This document shows positions 52,501 to 61,400 of a stretch of DNA of 64,000 nt, piece by piece. This DNA is from a bacterium. Its GTDB lineage: Bacteria > JAGOBX01. The notes under the pieces were generated by a model. The model saw only the letters and a list, made by a program, of their open reading frames with translations, had not been told where the DNA came from and searched no databases. A program made the translations under genes and the position numbers. The stretch covers positions 86,898-150,897 of the forward strand of contig JAKPEO010000124.1 in assembly GCA_029551925.1 (NCBI GenBank). Reading direction: 5' to 3'. The number at the start of each line of letters is the position of its first letter. Position 1 is the first letter of the stretch.

Positions 52501-54649
52501 TTCCTAATTTTTCAGAACATTCTACATAATTAAAAAATATTTGAGTGTCATTATCAATATTAGCGTTTTTTATTAATTCATCGTATTTAGAAAACGCATC
52601 TTTGACATTGCCGTAGAAAAATTCTATATCAGCGGCCAATCGCATTTTCTCGCGTTGATAATTACTTGTTTCGCTAATCTTTTTTAAATATGACAGCGCT
52701 TCAGGATACTCTTTTTTTATATAACTTATTTTCGCTAAATAAAATAACGCGTGCTCGTCGTCCGGCGCAATCTTTATTATCTTGGAAAAATAATTTGCTG
52801 CGCTCTCGATATTTTCCGGATATTCTGATATTGCGTAATTTCTATATATCTCTATTAGATAATTATTGATTTTGTTTATATCGCCGTATCTACCGCGAAT
52901 GTTTTCAAAATATTTTTCGGATTTTTCAAATTTCTTTTGATTGTAATATAATTCCGCTAATAAATATTGCGCTTCAAAATTTTCGCGGCTGTCAGCGCTC
53001 AATTTTTTTAATATTTCGAGCAAATAATCTTCTGTTTTTTGATGATTATTAGCATACGCTAATTTCGCGGCTTCTAATAAATATTTTATATTTTGTTCTT
53101 TATCGATATTTTTTAAATTTAAGATTTTATCATAAACCGCTAACGCTTTGTCTATATCATTTATCTCTTTATAAAATTTTATGACTTGTAATAATTCGGA
53201 CAACTCTACATCTGCAAAAGATAAAATTAGTTTTAAATTTTTTTCTAATTCCGCTGTATCTTGTTGAAGCTTTTGAGAAAAATAAGCGCTTTGCAAATAT
53301 AATTTACGCTGTTCTGAACCGCTTTTTCCTTTTAAATTAGATTCTGCATAAATGTCCAACCAATATTTCGCTTTTTGATAATCGCCTAAACTCGCATAAA
53401 TTTTTGAAATCGTATCAGCGACAGTTTTTGAATCGTCTGAATTTTCAAGATGCTCGATGCTTTTTGCTAATTCGCCGTTAGAAAAATAAAATAATCCGAT
53501 AAATTTGTCTGTCAGCATTTCAGGAGTAATAGTATCCGTATAAACGCTCTGTATTCTTTCAAACAACGCAGTATCGATTTTTAATTTAAAAGCGCGGCTT
53601 TGATTATTTTCTAACTGCGTAGCTTTTATTTTATTGACTATTTCTAATACCTTGCTGTCTGTCGACTCCTGACCAACAGCATAATAAATATTTGCTATTT
53701 CTCGCAATTCGTCATTTTTCAAATTTTTTAGATTTTCAATTAATTTTAATGCTGTTAATAAATGACCATTTTCAGTAAATACTTTAAATAACTTTTTTTG
53801 CAATTCTATATCTGAATTTATCACATGAGAATAATCGTCATAAAACTTCAATAATTCGTCTAATTTTTGAATTTCTATTATTATATCGGCGCTGAATTTT
53901 ACGGCAGTTAAATCGTCTGGTTTGGTCTTTAAAATTTTTTTGAGCGCTTTTAAACTATCAGCGAGATTCTTGGTATAATATGCGCAGCGCGCAAATAATA
54001 AATTTTCTTGATAATCCAAATCTCCTAAATTAAAACCGATATATAGTTTGATATATGCTTTTTCGAGTTCGCCTAATCCTAAATATATTTTTCCTAAATT
54101 AGTTAAGGCAATAGTATCAGTTTTATCTAATTTATTAACATAGCTAAACAATCGTTCAGCGTCAACAAAATTAAATTTATTGAATTCTTTCAATGCGTCT
54201 GCTAATATAGATTGTTTTAATGAACTTTTGATTACAGAATTATCTTCTAAATCTAATGTCTCGCTGTAATTATAATAAAAATCAAGGGCTTTCGGATATT
54301 CTTTTTTCTTGATTTCTATGTCTAATAATTGCTTGACAGTCTTTTTATTCAGCGGATTTAATGACAGCGAATATTTTAATAGTTTTTCCGCATCTTGAAA
54401 TCTATTTAATTTTATAAATATTTCAGCGGTTTGATTTAATATATTTTCATCTGCAATATTATCTATATTTTTTAAAATCAATTCTGCGGTCTTTTCTGTT
54501 TTTTTTAAAGATTGCGTATTCTTGCTGTCTTTTAATTCCTTTGCAATTTTAGTCAAATCCACAGCGTTTTTGCCGTAAGATTGATTTATATTCCACAAAA
54601 AAAATAATAAAAACAATAATAGACATCTATAATAAACAATTCTTGTCAT
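43520..54649 (-). CDS. Giant 3709-aa secreted TPR-repeat protein.
   Basis: A single uninterrupted 11,130-nt ORF. It has an N-terminal signal peptide (MTRIVYYRCLLLFLLFFLWNINQSYG). The rest is essentially continuous degenerate TPR-like 34-mers (AxxYYxxAxxYxxxxxYxKAxEYYxK). No catalytic domain was recognisable. Confidence 0.8.
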   Translation of the reverse strand: MTRIVYYRCLLLFLLFFLWNINQSYGKNAVDLTKIAKELKDSKNTQSLKKTEKTAELILKNIDNIADENILNQTAEIFIKLNRFQDAEKLLKYSLSLNPLNKKTVKQLLDIEIKKKEYPKALDFYYNYSETLDLEDNSVIKSSLKQSILADALKEFNKFNFVDAERLFSYVNKLDKTDTIALTNLGKIYLGLGELEKAYIKLYIGFNLGDLDYQENLLFARCAYYTKNLADSLKALKKILKTKPDDLTAVKFSADIIIEIQKLDELLKFYDDYSHVINSDIELQKKLFKVFTENGHLLTALKLIENLKNLKNDELREIANIYYAVGQESTDSKVLEIVNKIKATQLENNQSRAFKLKIDTALFERIQSVYTDTITPEMLTDKFIGLFYFSNGELAKSIEHLENSDDSKTVADTISKIYASLGDYQKAKYWLDIYAESNLKGKSGSEQRKLYLQSAYFSQKLQQDTAELEKNLKLILSFADVELSELLQVIKFYKEINDIDKALAVYDKILNLKNIDKEQNIKYLLEAAKLAYANNHQKTEDYLLEILKKLSADSRENFEAQYLLAELYYNQKKFEKSEKYFENIRGRYGDINKINNYLIEIYRNYAISEYPENIESAANYFSKIIKIAPDDEHALFYLAKISYIKKEYPEALSYLKKISETSNYQREKMRLAADIEFFYGNVKDAFSKYDELIKNANIDNDTQIFFNYVECSEKLGKSDIAANYQKILYSKFKDNNIAKKLADYYLSISDDKNALIYLEILEKSFPTDKSIKMKLIDIYMAQGLYDKAEKNISAVLANDKDYMQGYLYLGEIYLNKGQQEKALQYFAQGLESGYSSDKLFKYAADLYYQRGLPQIAYKYYLKIYNDKIADTEFLLNFADACIDISKFEMAEKLLSNENLQKTNSKKYQELTNKYSLIKARFLFDNGKYAEALEYFLKLQEDTDVIYHKALCYFNNSDYNNAIAEFNKIRDYQNSRKLLGTAYYRLGNIIKTLENLTDSDSDSIKILFSLLDYLASDTDRIKIAKKYQDYFSDEISANFQLARIYERNNNLTQALEHYLKFYNRKISESPLKQIINTAYKIAEIYYKLEEYEKSAKFFEICANENYRLQDSLYFAGDCFARLKNLEKTEYYFSRLSDKKIVAKQLTEIYAKKLLNLYDNNQAAEIYKKLIELNPENYSYKYELAMILFYQQKYDEANELYEKVMMYYPDYKEISDFFLLSLLRSEKFEKLNGYLEKLESGKLNGRDLIFYASDYFFKTKNYGKALEYLNKAKMFAETAEIYKKLAEVNLHLAQINLALQYYERYLTLNKTEDLEIIEKLADLYLENGKIVEAYNYYSKIQLNLLKTRNIEKLKKFADICKELRKPEYYSLIEKIFELDNSQIQYVLELLDYHKKSADNQKRYLDILAKDDIIKNHNQILSDYFSKNEFLHKDTLKSYLQIARALGLENKYFEILEKSYLQNKTLENNYIIELTEYNFNAKKFSQTINILMNAVKQNSFKRSDELDKINYILAVSYFELKRFDDALRHLKLIKDTIKYDVKFYRAFAAYYLKDYTASLEMLAKLDANDSRVKNALIDIYSTIGDESFKAQRYNQALENYLRLSTLEQKSSLNKKIGDCYYYLKRYSNAVEYYSKADEQEFNSESEITKFAESLYNIEDYKKAYSYYLKLCEITKNADILKRSIKLAQQTRDTQNLEKLYLRLLEIEENENALYALYEIYLQNGNLSKALDFLKKYANINKNQTAILKIAELEENLGNYENAIARLEQLPDDVLNDKYKKIGRLFIKSKNINQALINFQRHLKKNSNDIEVIAQLGEIYFDNSDYINFIEQFNKLEKLGKLNLLKELNKKIFIAFYNAADLQNNIIQKIDYYERVFNVYSTDKTEIAKIENYKNILTNVSQILGNYYYNTATREKSYNFLFWHYKFTNNLDYADKLIILLSERNEYQRIIEVFEKLTNKNLANNLLKIIATAYLKTSYYQKCYETLKKTIFDEDVLLMYVECLNNLSIDETEKINLIGKLTNELLKTETTKKISRAVIEEAALKILKALNNSNDNIYIEYADRFINNNFEIADYERLVSAYFNTGNYAKSLKLLDSQKLKNDQKDKFILLKAKCLYRLGEYEKLAEMNIKASGSEPEIVNIINHTYTILAKKAYSDGKYDTALKYLNLLEAKDAELKKIEFQSLYNKGEYAEALKNFEKQGLVVDSNYINAVFNLYFKNGLIADAAKLSVNIADNFENLLIKYEISRIIGNKQNEYEILKKLLSIDNSKKYYTYKFLEAALELGRFDEVINSSKNLKFEVYDRDIEMRIRVLTGIAEVKKSNYFEGYKILAESRIKPYLSKDAYYYLAVASYESGKFQDAWQALTRIESEARNTEEIRKLKRNIYEKLGDLYSIANENIKAIENYRGALQYSENDTNIILKIASAYYSLKDYKNVIDIYTKLKREEIMDSFEYSRQLGWAYYYTGQEKEAAEYLANAALKSNDNNFILQIAQLSEKYLDTNKSIELYVLARNLVKNNDLNYKLAELFLKNNDLVNAANQYSIYLSTNPKNIEVLEKCADLYFQLSYVNDAIKLYNQLISLDKNKIKAYQRLGDLYLRLNDFKNAAANYEKYIMSNKSDNQAILTLARLLFKIEDYKKTIDTYKMLNFEILPADDKKTLGLAYFRLALATIDKKQAGYYFKEAFEIMKNEEYALEYIQQLSLKSAEYYFDVDLFDSAILSAKKYLQFNKTNFEIYYLLAKSFDNLKKIDSAVVYYYLCSLLDNTRNDVNKRLGLLLENKDPLLAAHYFEKYLQAINNNDAEIYLKTANLLFASKNYEKAYNYYSRLDLTKNKEYFDNIIECLIKLDNKSAAVEYILKKYKSDNKIKLEDLEYALKYYFENQNYVEIKRLVDTLPEIYKKQLTELNFIVGYTYWLSKELTNAAEYFLEFERKTADIKNFADYAYYLAEIYFSKNDLKKAGEYYEKFFKYHTNEKALNNRLSEKNIIDIRLKFVKILLELGDSKNIEQYIQQIIDKIELVEEKSKRDAYLIIGEYFLNNNNLNKAEEYFSLAKKSGANVIVPYTLLGLKYYEIKNFEKSQNFLNEAAGISDDPRVYQILGDIAISKNDTASAERNYLYLYSKAPSEENALILARLYRKSNNNIKAIEYYKFALNYNPKNSECLKYLGDAYFDLKNYELADRYLSVLFNLDQNKETILSKLAKSNFELGNFEKCAEYSGKLNNLRAEQMYEYGYSLYKIRKKIEALKIFDDLLQKGISANLKFQVLRLAADLYNELNSKIDARLIGYYEEMIKIHNDGTYKIEDANYFDKIVQQIAKFYFSITDYAKSYLYYSQIKKQSSLDNENYFNFAISAFHLKKYSEALQLFNSMSVKTKLPANNYKYTVVSYYYLNNFDNAYADLKKYFDAGLTAAPDIENFNKIAGKILYYKNDYNKAAEFLNRIYATNKNDTEILNLLGYIDLNNGKKTDALQKFENSLNINNNQWEILMTAGDLNYEINRFDNAARYYTKLQDLKTLDTSKSDIQKKLNDRILKLANIYYTKGLFRKSYEILSAYNQKYQNLEDFRIYYNSALAAMKVGKFDEADKLFEKSEKFNIKNSTYYQQYGLLSYKLKKYDRALLNVQKAVNLEPTNIDYMILLAEIYETGGNIKETVKIYERIYTLKNNDLKIINKLADLYYDSNNHQKAYELYLLSIKLDPTSDYASKAAQRLNELKKNLN

Positions 54650-54920
54650 TAGCGCTTCTACTCTCCAAACATTTTTTCATTTTTTCTAAACCTAATAAAA
54701 TTTAAACTTTTTATTATAATTTATATTTTTCTAAAAAACAAGTTTTTTTAAAAATTAAAAAATAGAATGTTATAAAATTTCTCCCATTATTTTTGATAAC
54801 CAGATATTTTCCACGCAAAAAATAAAAAATGCCTAAATGTTTGGTCTTGACTTTTTGCAACGCGATACTATTATTTTTATATTTAGACTTTAAATACTGT
54901 TTGATTTTGCTAAATATAAA

Positions 54921-55799
54921 ATGAAAGAATATCATTTTTTGTTGTATAATTTATTTTATGCTAATAAAAACGATGAACGATTAGTCGTCCCTAAAAAATT
55001 TGGTCTCGGCTGGACTATTAATTTTTGCCATCCTAAAGCCAATCTATGTTTGTTTATAACAATGACATTAATATTAATATTGATATTTCTTATTACTATT
55101 ATTTTGAATTATTCATATTTGCAGCAAAATTCAAATGTATTTATCTGGTATTTTTTATCAATATTTTTTTCGTTGATTGTTTTTTCTTTTGTTTTTTTAA
55201 AATTTAATGCAGATATAAAAGATATTTATATAGTTATGTCATATGGAATATTGGCTTGTTTTATTGGTTTTGGATTTCAACAAATTTTTAATGGCATTCC
55301 GATATTAATAATAAAAATGAAAAATATTAAATGGTATTATCATATTTATTTTGCCGCGATGGCTGCTGTGTGCCAAACATTCGGTAAATTCGCGGTTATA
55401 TTATTATTAATGAAATTATACGACTCTAAAAATACAATTATTAAATTCGGATTGCTAGTGGGGTTGGGATTTACTATAACTGAAATTTCACTAATAACAG
55501 TGACTATAATATTCAATAAACTTCCTTTTTCCTCAATATCATATTTAGGAATTTTTGAACGCACAGCTGCTTCAATATTCCATATATACACTGCTGGATT
55601 AATAGCGTTCGGTTTAATCAAACGAACATATAAATATTTAATTTTAATAATCATTTTGCATTCGCTATTAGATTTTTTAGCAGGGACCTATCGCCATTTC
55701 AATATTCCTGTTAACACTCTTGAAATTATAGTTTTTGCAATATCATTTTTTATTTTAGTAATATTTGCATTTACTTTAAAAAATACTTATAAGATATAA
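54921..55799 (+). CDS. Polytopic membrane protein of unknown function, possibly a YhfC-like intramembrane protease.
   Basis: 292-aa ORF with about 7-8 TM helices and conserved-looking E/H residues within helices (TEISLIT, FHIYTAG). It is transcribed divergently from the giant TPR gene. Confidence 0.3.
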   Translation: MKEYHFLLYNLFYANKNDERLVVPKKFGLGWTINFCHPKANLCLFITMTLILILIFLITIILNYSYLQQNSNVFIWYFLSIFFSLIVFSFVFLKFNADIKDIYIVMSYGILACFIGFGFQQIFNGIPILIIKMKNIKWYYHIYFAAMAAVCQTFGKFAVILLLMKLYDSKNTIIKFGLLVGLGFTITEISLITVTIIFNKLPFSSISYLGIFERTAASIFHIYTAGLIAFGLIKRTYKYLILIIILHSLLDFLAGTYRHFNIPVNTLEIIVFAISFFILVIFAFTLKNTYKI

Positions 55800-55867
55800 A
55801 TAAAAAAAAAATTGTTTTTTTATCTATAATAATTTACAATAAAAATCTTAAAAAAATAAAAAATATT

Positions 55868-58495
55868 TTGCTAAAATTATTTGAGGTTGTAAACATTATG
55901 ATTAATATTTTAATATTGAATCCCTTGAATAAATCCAAAATTACGATGGATGATTTTACTGATATTCCTGAAAAATATTCCAATACCTACCATTTTGAAT
56001 ATAAATTAATTGAAACAAAATCATTAACAAAAAATTTAGAAAAATTATATGATATCATATTGATAGAATACATAGACGATGAAGAACTAAATAATTTCTA
56101 TTTTGAATTGCAAGTATTTGCAAAATCATATCTCACCCCAATAATTTACATAATTGACGAAAATATCATTGATAGATTTCCTATTAGTTTTATAGACGAA
56201 AGCTCAGATTTTATTTACAAACCAATTAATAAAATAGAATTGTATAATCGTTTTAAACTTGTAATTTTAAAAAATTCACAATTAAAAAATAATATACAAA
56301 TTGACAGAACAACGAAATTGCCGAATTTCAAAAGTTTTTATCGCAAATATTACGAAGAAACCGAAAAATGCGTGCGTTATAATCGCAAAATGTCAGTTGT
56401 GTTAATACATATCAATAATCTTCAAGTTTTAAAAAACGAAATCGGCTGGTATTATTGCGACCAGATAATGTGCGAACTTTCTGAAATCATAACAAAATCA
56501 TTTCGAAATGTAGATTATCATTCGCGTTTTGCTTTTGATAAATTTATATCTATATTGCCTGAAACGAGCGATATTAACGCCAAAATATCTGTTGAACGAT
56601 TAATAGAAAAATTTAAAAATTATTATTATGTTTCTGACAATCCCAAAATAGTTAAGCCAATAGGCGTGAAAGTAAAAATTGTAATAGCTGAATATCCGAC
56701 ATTAAATCAAGATACTATTGATTTCATAAAAATATTGAATGAATATATAACTGTTAAAGAAGGCGAGAATGACTTTGAAATTAAATTACTCAATCAATCA
56801 AAAGAATACGAAAAAACAATTTTGATTATCGAAGATGAACACGAAATTGTAAATTTATTAAAAGAATTGCTGGATAAATATCATTACAATATAATTTGGT
56901 ATCCGCGTTATGTCTCTGAATTAGAACAAGTAATAGTCAATAGAAATGTCTCGCTATTATTAGTGGATATAATGCTTCCTAACAGCGAGCGCAACGGCTA
57001 CGAAATAATCGAAATGCTCCGCGCTCAACCATCATTTAAAAATCTGCCGATATTAGTTATCACAGCCAAAGGCGGACCATTAAAAATAATGGAAGTCGGA
57101 GCGAATGACTATATTTTAAAGCCGTTCAAATCAGACGACTTGATTGATAAAGTGAACTATTTACTAAATAAAAATACAATTACGCCGAAATTGATAAATT
57201 TATCAGACAGAGTAATCGACTATAACAAATTTATAAAAATAAACGAACAAAATATCGATGAACTCACGCAGCTTCCTACTATTGCCGGAGTAATGGACGA
57301 ATTGCGCGAAATGTTTAAGAACTCTCAAAATTTTGGAGTAATATACATCAACATAGCTAAATATAATGAAATAGAATTAAATTACGGCGAAAAAATATTT
57401 GATAATTTATTAGTTAAGACTGCAGCGTTATTAAAAAAAATGCGCGGAACATTGATTAGATTTAAAGATATAATTACAATTACAAGATTATGGGACGATG
57501 ATTTTGTGATATTTTTATCGCCGCCGCGCAGACAAGATAAAATCAAATTATCCGACTTAAATGAAGTTAAAAATAGAATTGAAAAATATCTTCGAGAAAA
57601 CAAATCAACTTTAATTGCGCGCGGACTTGAATTTCAATTTGATTTTTATTTCGGTTATTCGCTGATGGATATTAATCAGCAAATAAAATTTGAACGGCTT
57701 GTATATAATAATCTCAAAAATGCAATGATGATGGCTTTTGACAAAGAGTCAAAAGTATCGGTAATGCTTCAAACAGAATTCAAAGCATTATTAACAGATG
57801 AAAATATAAATATTCTCTATCAGCCGATTGTAAATTTAGAAGATTATTCTATTATTGGTTATGAAGCGCTTGTGCGCGGGCCGCAAAATTCGCTATTAAA
57901 TAATCCGCTAATATTATTCAATACTGCATATCATTCAAATAAAATTTGGGAATTAGAAAGACTCATCAGAAAAAAAATAATTGAAGATTATCTGACTTTT
58001 GATTTAAAAGGAAAATATATTTCTATTAATGTCGAACCGCACAGTTTTGCCGACCCGGAATTTAGAAAATTCGCTGAAATGAATCCATATAACTTAAATT
58101 ATTCCAATTTTGTTTTAGAAATAACCGAACGCTCGCATATCACAGATTTAACAAAATTTAATGAACAATTGAAATTATTTAAAAATTGCAAATTCACAAT
58201 AGCAATAGACGATGCGGGCAGCGGTTTTGCAAGTCTATATTATATTGCAGAAATCAAGCCGGACATTATAAAATTAGATATTTCATTAATAAAAAATATC
58301 GATAAAAATCAGCAGCGCCGCGATATAGTCAAAGCGTTAGTGCAATTTGCTAATGATAATCACATTAAAGTATTGGCGGAAGGCATCGAACGAATAGAAG
58401 AATTAACAGAAATCAAAAAAATAGGTATTTGCTACGGACAGGGCTTTTATTTCGCTAAACCATCGCGAGATTTATTAACAAAAGTTAGTTTATAA
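55868..58495 (+). CDS. Multidomain c-di-GMP signalling protein with the layout pseudo-REC, degenerate GGDEF, REC, degenerate GGDEF, EAL.
   Basis: 875-aa ORF. The REC domain at ~310-430 has a phospho-acceptor Asp context (SLLLVDIMLP) and a ...K in DYILKPF. The EAL domain shows intact catalytic motifs: EALVRG, EITERS, AIDDAGSGFASL, KLDISLIKN, EGIE. The two GGDEF-like regions lack the GG(D/E)EF motif (RFAFDKF; DDDFVIF). Confidence 0.75.
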   Translation: MLKLFEVVNIMINILILNPLNKSKITMDDFTDIPEKYSNTYHFEYKLIETKSLTKNLEKLYDIILIEYIDDEELNNFYFELQVFAKSYLTPIIYIIDENIIDRFPISFIDESSDFIYKPINKIELYNRFKLVILKNSQLKNNIQIDRTTKLPNFKSFYRKYYEETEKCVRYNRKMSVVLIHINNLQVLKNEIGWYYCDQIMCELSEIITKSFRNVDYHSRFAFDKFISILPETSDINAKISVERLIEKFKNYYYVSDNPKIVKPIGVKVKIVIAEYPTLNQDTIDFIKILNEYITVKEGENDFEIKLLNQSKEYEKTILIIEDEHEIVNLLKELLDKYHYNIIWYPRYVSELEQVIVNRNVSLLLVDIMLPNSERNGYEIIEMLRAQPSFKNLPILVITAKGGPLKIMEVGANDYILKPFKSDDLIDKVNYLLNKNTITPKLINLSDRVIDYNKFIKINEQNIDELTQLPTIAGVMDELREMFKNSQNFGVIYINIAKYNEIELNYGEKIFDNLLVKTAALLKKMRGTLIRFKDIITITRLWDDDFVIFLSPPRRQDKIKLSDLNEVKNRIEKYLRENKSTLIARGLEFQFDFYFGYSLMDINQQIKFERLVYNNLKNAMMMAFDKESKVSVMLQTEFKALLTDENINILYQPIVNLEDYSIIGYEALVRGPQNSLLNNPLILFNTAYHSNKIWELERLIRKKIIEDYLTFDLKGKYISINVEPHSFADPEFRKFAEMNPYNLNYSNFVLEITERSHITDLTKFNEQLKLFKNCKFTIAIDDAGSGFASLYYIAEIKPDIIKLDISLIKNIDKNQQRRDIVKALVQFANDNHIKVLAEGIERIEELTEIKKIGICYGQGFYFAKPSRDLLTKVSL

Positions 58496-61400
58496 ATGGC
58501 GCAATACACAAAAAAAAAAGAGCAGCAAAAAAAAATTGTTCATCTGCATACTCACACAGAATACAGCATATTAGACGGATTCTGCCGCATTTCCAATCTT
58601 GTTCAGCGTTGTAAAGAATTAAATATGCCGGCAGTCGCAATAACTGACCACGGCGTGCTCTTCGGCGTTTTAGAATTCTATCAGCAGTGCTACAAACACG
58701 GAATAAAACCAATAATCGGCTGTGAAATTTATATTGCGCCAAATAGTCGTTTTATAAAAAAAACAACGGCTGGTGAGCCAAAATATTTTCACGGAATACT
58801 GCTTGCAAAAAATAATCAAGGCTATCAAAATTTATTAAAATTAGTATCAGCCGGATTTATCGAGGGCTTTTATTTTAAGCCGCGTGTTGATAAAGAGTTA
58901 TTAGCAAAATATTCAGATGGACTATTTTTTCTTACCGCTTGTAAATACGGAGAGCTACAATATTACCTTCTTAAAAATGACTTGAAACAATTAGAAAAAA
59001 GTATTGAAGATTATATTTCTATCTTCGGTATTGAAAATTTTTTTCTCGAAATACAAAGACATAATGACCCGGAAGAAGAGACTGTAATAAAAACATTTGC
59101 TGAATTATCAGTTAAATATAATATTAAACTTGTCGCTACTAATGATGCGCATTATATTCACCGCAGCGACGCTAAATTTCAAGATGCGCTGATGTGTATC
59201 CAAACAGGAAATTTGCTATCAGACGAAAATAGATATAAATATAATACTGATTTGCTGTATTTAAAAAGCGCTGATGAAATGAATGAATTATTTTATGATT
59301 ATCCTGAAGCGATAGAAAACACTTTAAAAATCAGTCAGCACTGCAATGTGTTATTAGATTTAGGAGCTAATAAATTTCATTTTCCAATATTCCAACTGCC
59401 GCAGGAAATTAAATCTGCAAATAAATATTTAAGAGATTTATGCTATCAATCAGCGGATAAAATATTTGGTGAGACTCGCGATAAAAAAATAAACGAACGA
59501 TTAGAATATGAATTGGAAATAATAAAGAAAATGGGATTCGCGTCGTATTTTTTGATAGTTGCAGATTTTGTCGAGTTCGCAAAAAAAAATAATATCGCAG
59601 TCGGCCCTGGACGCGGTAGCGCTGCCGGCTGTCTTGTCGCTTATCTGCTTGGAATAACTGAAATCAATCCGCTTCAATATAATCTGCTGTTTGAACGATT
59701 TTTGAATACTGAACGAATATCAATGCCCGATATTGATATTGACTTTTGTTTTCGCAGAAGAAACGAATTATTTGAATACGCAAGAAAAAAATATGGGATA
59801 GATAATGTCTCACAAATAATTACATTTGGCACTTTAAAAATGCGCAATGCTGTCCGCGATGTCGGCAGAATATTAGGCGTGCCAATTGCGGAAGTAAATA
59901 ATATCCTTAAAAAATTACCTGATGATACAGAATTTAATCTCGTTGAATTAATCGCAAAAATTCCGGAATTACAAAATTATTTTTCCAAACACCCGCAATT
60001 TCAAGATTGGTTTACAATCGCTGACGCAATAAAAGGTATGCCACGCAATATCAGCACACACCCTGCCGGCTTAGTTATTTCAGATAGACCATTAGTCGAA
60101 TATCTGCCATTATACTATGACACGAAAAATGAAATTATTACTACGCAATTTGATTTAGACGGCATTGAAAAATTAGGGCTTGTAAAAATGGATTTTCTCG
60201 CAATTAAATCTTTGACTGTCATTGACGATACTTTAAAAATGATTGACGAAAAAATTAGACCCGATATCCGTAATATTCCATTAGACGATTATAAAACATT
60301 TGAACTATTGAAAAACGGCGCTACTACCGGAGTTTTCCAACTTGAAAGTAAAGGTATCCAAAATGTAATGGTAAAATTACAGCCGGACAAATTCACTGAT
60401 TTAATAGCATTATTGGCATTATATAGACCGGGCGTGCTGCAAAGCGGTATGGTCGATAGTTTCATAAATAGAAAACACGGACTTGAACCAATAAAATATC
60501 CGCATCCATTATTAAGCGATATATTAAATGAAACTTATGGAGTGATACTCTATCAAGAGCAAGTAATGCAAATCGCAAATAAAATTGCCGGTTATTCATT
60601 GGCAAAAGCGGATTTATTGAGAAAAGCAATGGGTAAAAAAATTCCGGAAATTATGGAACAAGAAAAATTGCCGTTTATTGAGGGCTGTCAAAAACATTCT
60701 AAAATTTCACAATCCGAAGCAGAAGAAATTTTTTTACTAATTGAAAAATTTGCAGAATACGGTTTTAATAAATCGCATAGTGCGGCGTATGCGCTTTTTT
60801 CTTATCGCACCGCTTATTTAAAGGCGCATTTTTTATTGGAATTTTTAATTGCCACATTAAGCAATGAAATAGAACAGAATAACCCAAAATTTGAATTATT
60901 TATAAATGACGCTTTGAAAAATAATATTAAAATATTACCGCCGGATATTAATAAAAGTGCGGCGCTGTTTACAAAAGAAAATGGTAATATCCGCTACGGG
61001 CTCGCCGCTATACAAAATATCGGATTGAATTGCATTGAAGAAATAATTGAAGAACGCAAAAAAAACGGCAATTTCAAAGATTTAATTGATTTTTGTAGCC
61101 GCGTGAATATCGCTAAAATCAAAAAAAATGGTATTGAATCATTAATATACGCCGGAGCATTTGATTTTACTAAATATACTCGCGCTACTTTGATTAATTC
61201 GCTTACTACAATACTTCATTCTAAAATCCAAGAAAATTCAAAAAATATGGACTCATTATTTGACTTTTCCAGCAAGGAATTTGTCGAAAAAACATATACT
61301 ATCACGCCTGAATATCCGCATATTGAAAAATTATTGCACGAAAAAAAAGTTTTAGGTTTTTATTTATCAGAACATCCGTTAAGCAAATATACGGAAGAAA

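Noticed and set aside
43520-54649. Possibility that the 11-kb TPR ORF is an assembly artefact or a CRISPR-like or other repeat array.
   Set aside because: The repeats are degenerate at the nucleotide level, with 34-aa TPR units of varying sequence. The reading frame is continuous with no stops for 11,130 nt. There are no regularly spaced identical direct repeats with unique spacers.
58485-58742. 85-aa minus-strand ORF overlapping the dnaE start.
   Set aside because: It is antisense to the highly conserved PHP domain of DnaE and so is spurious.
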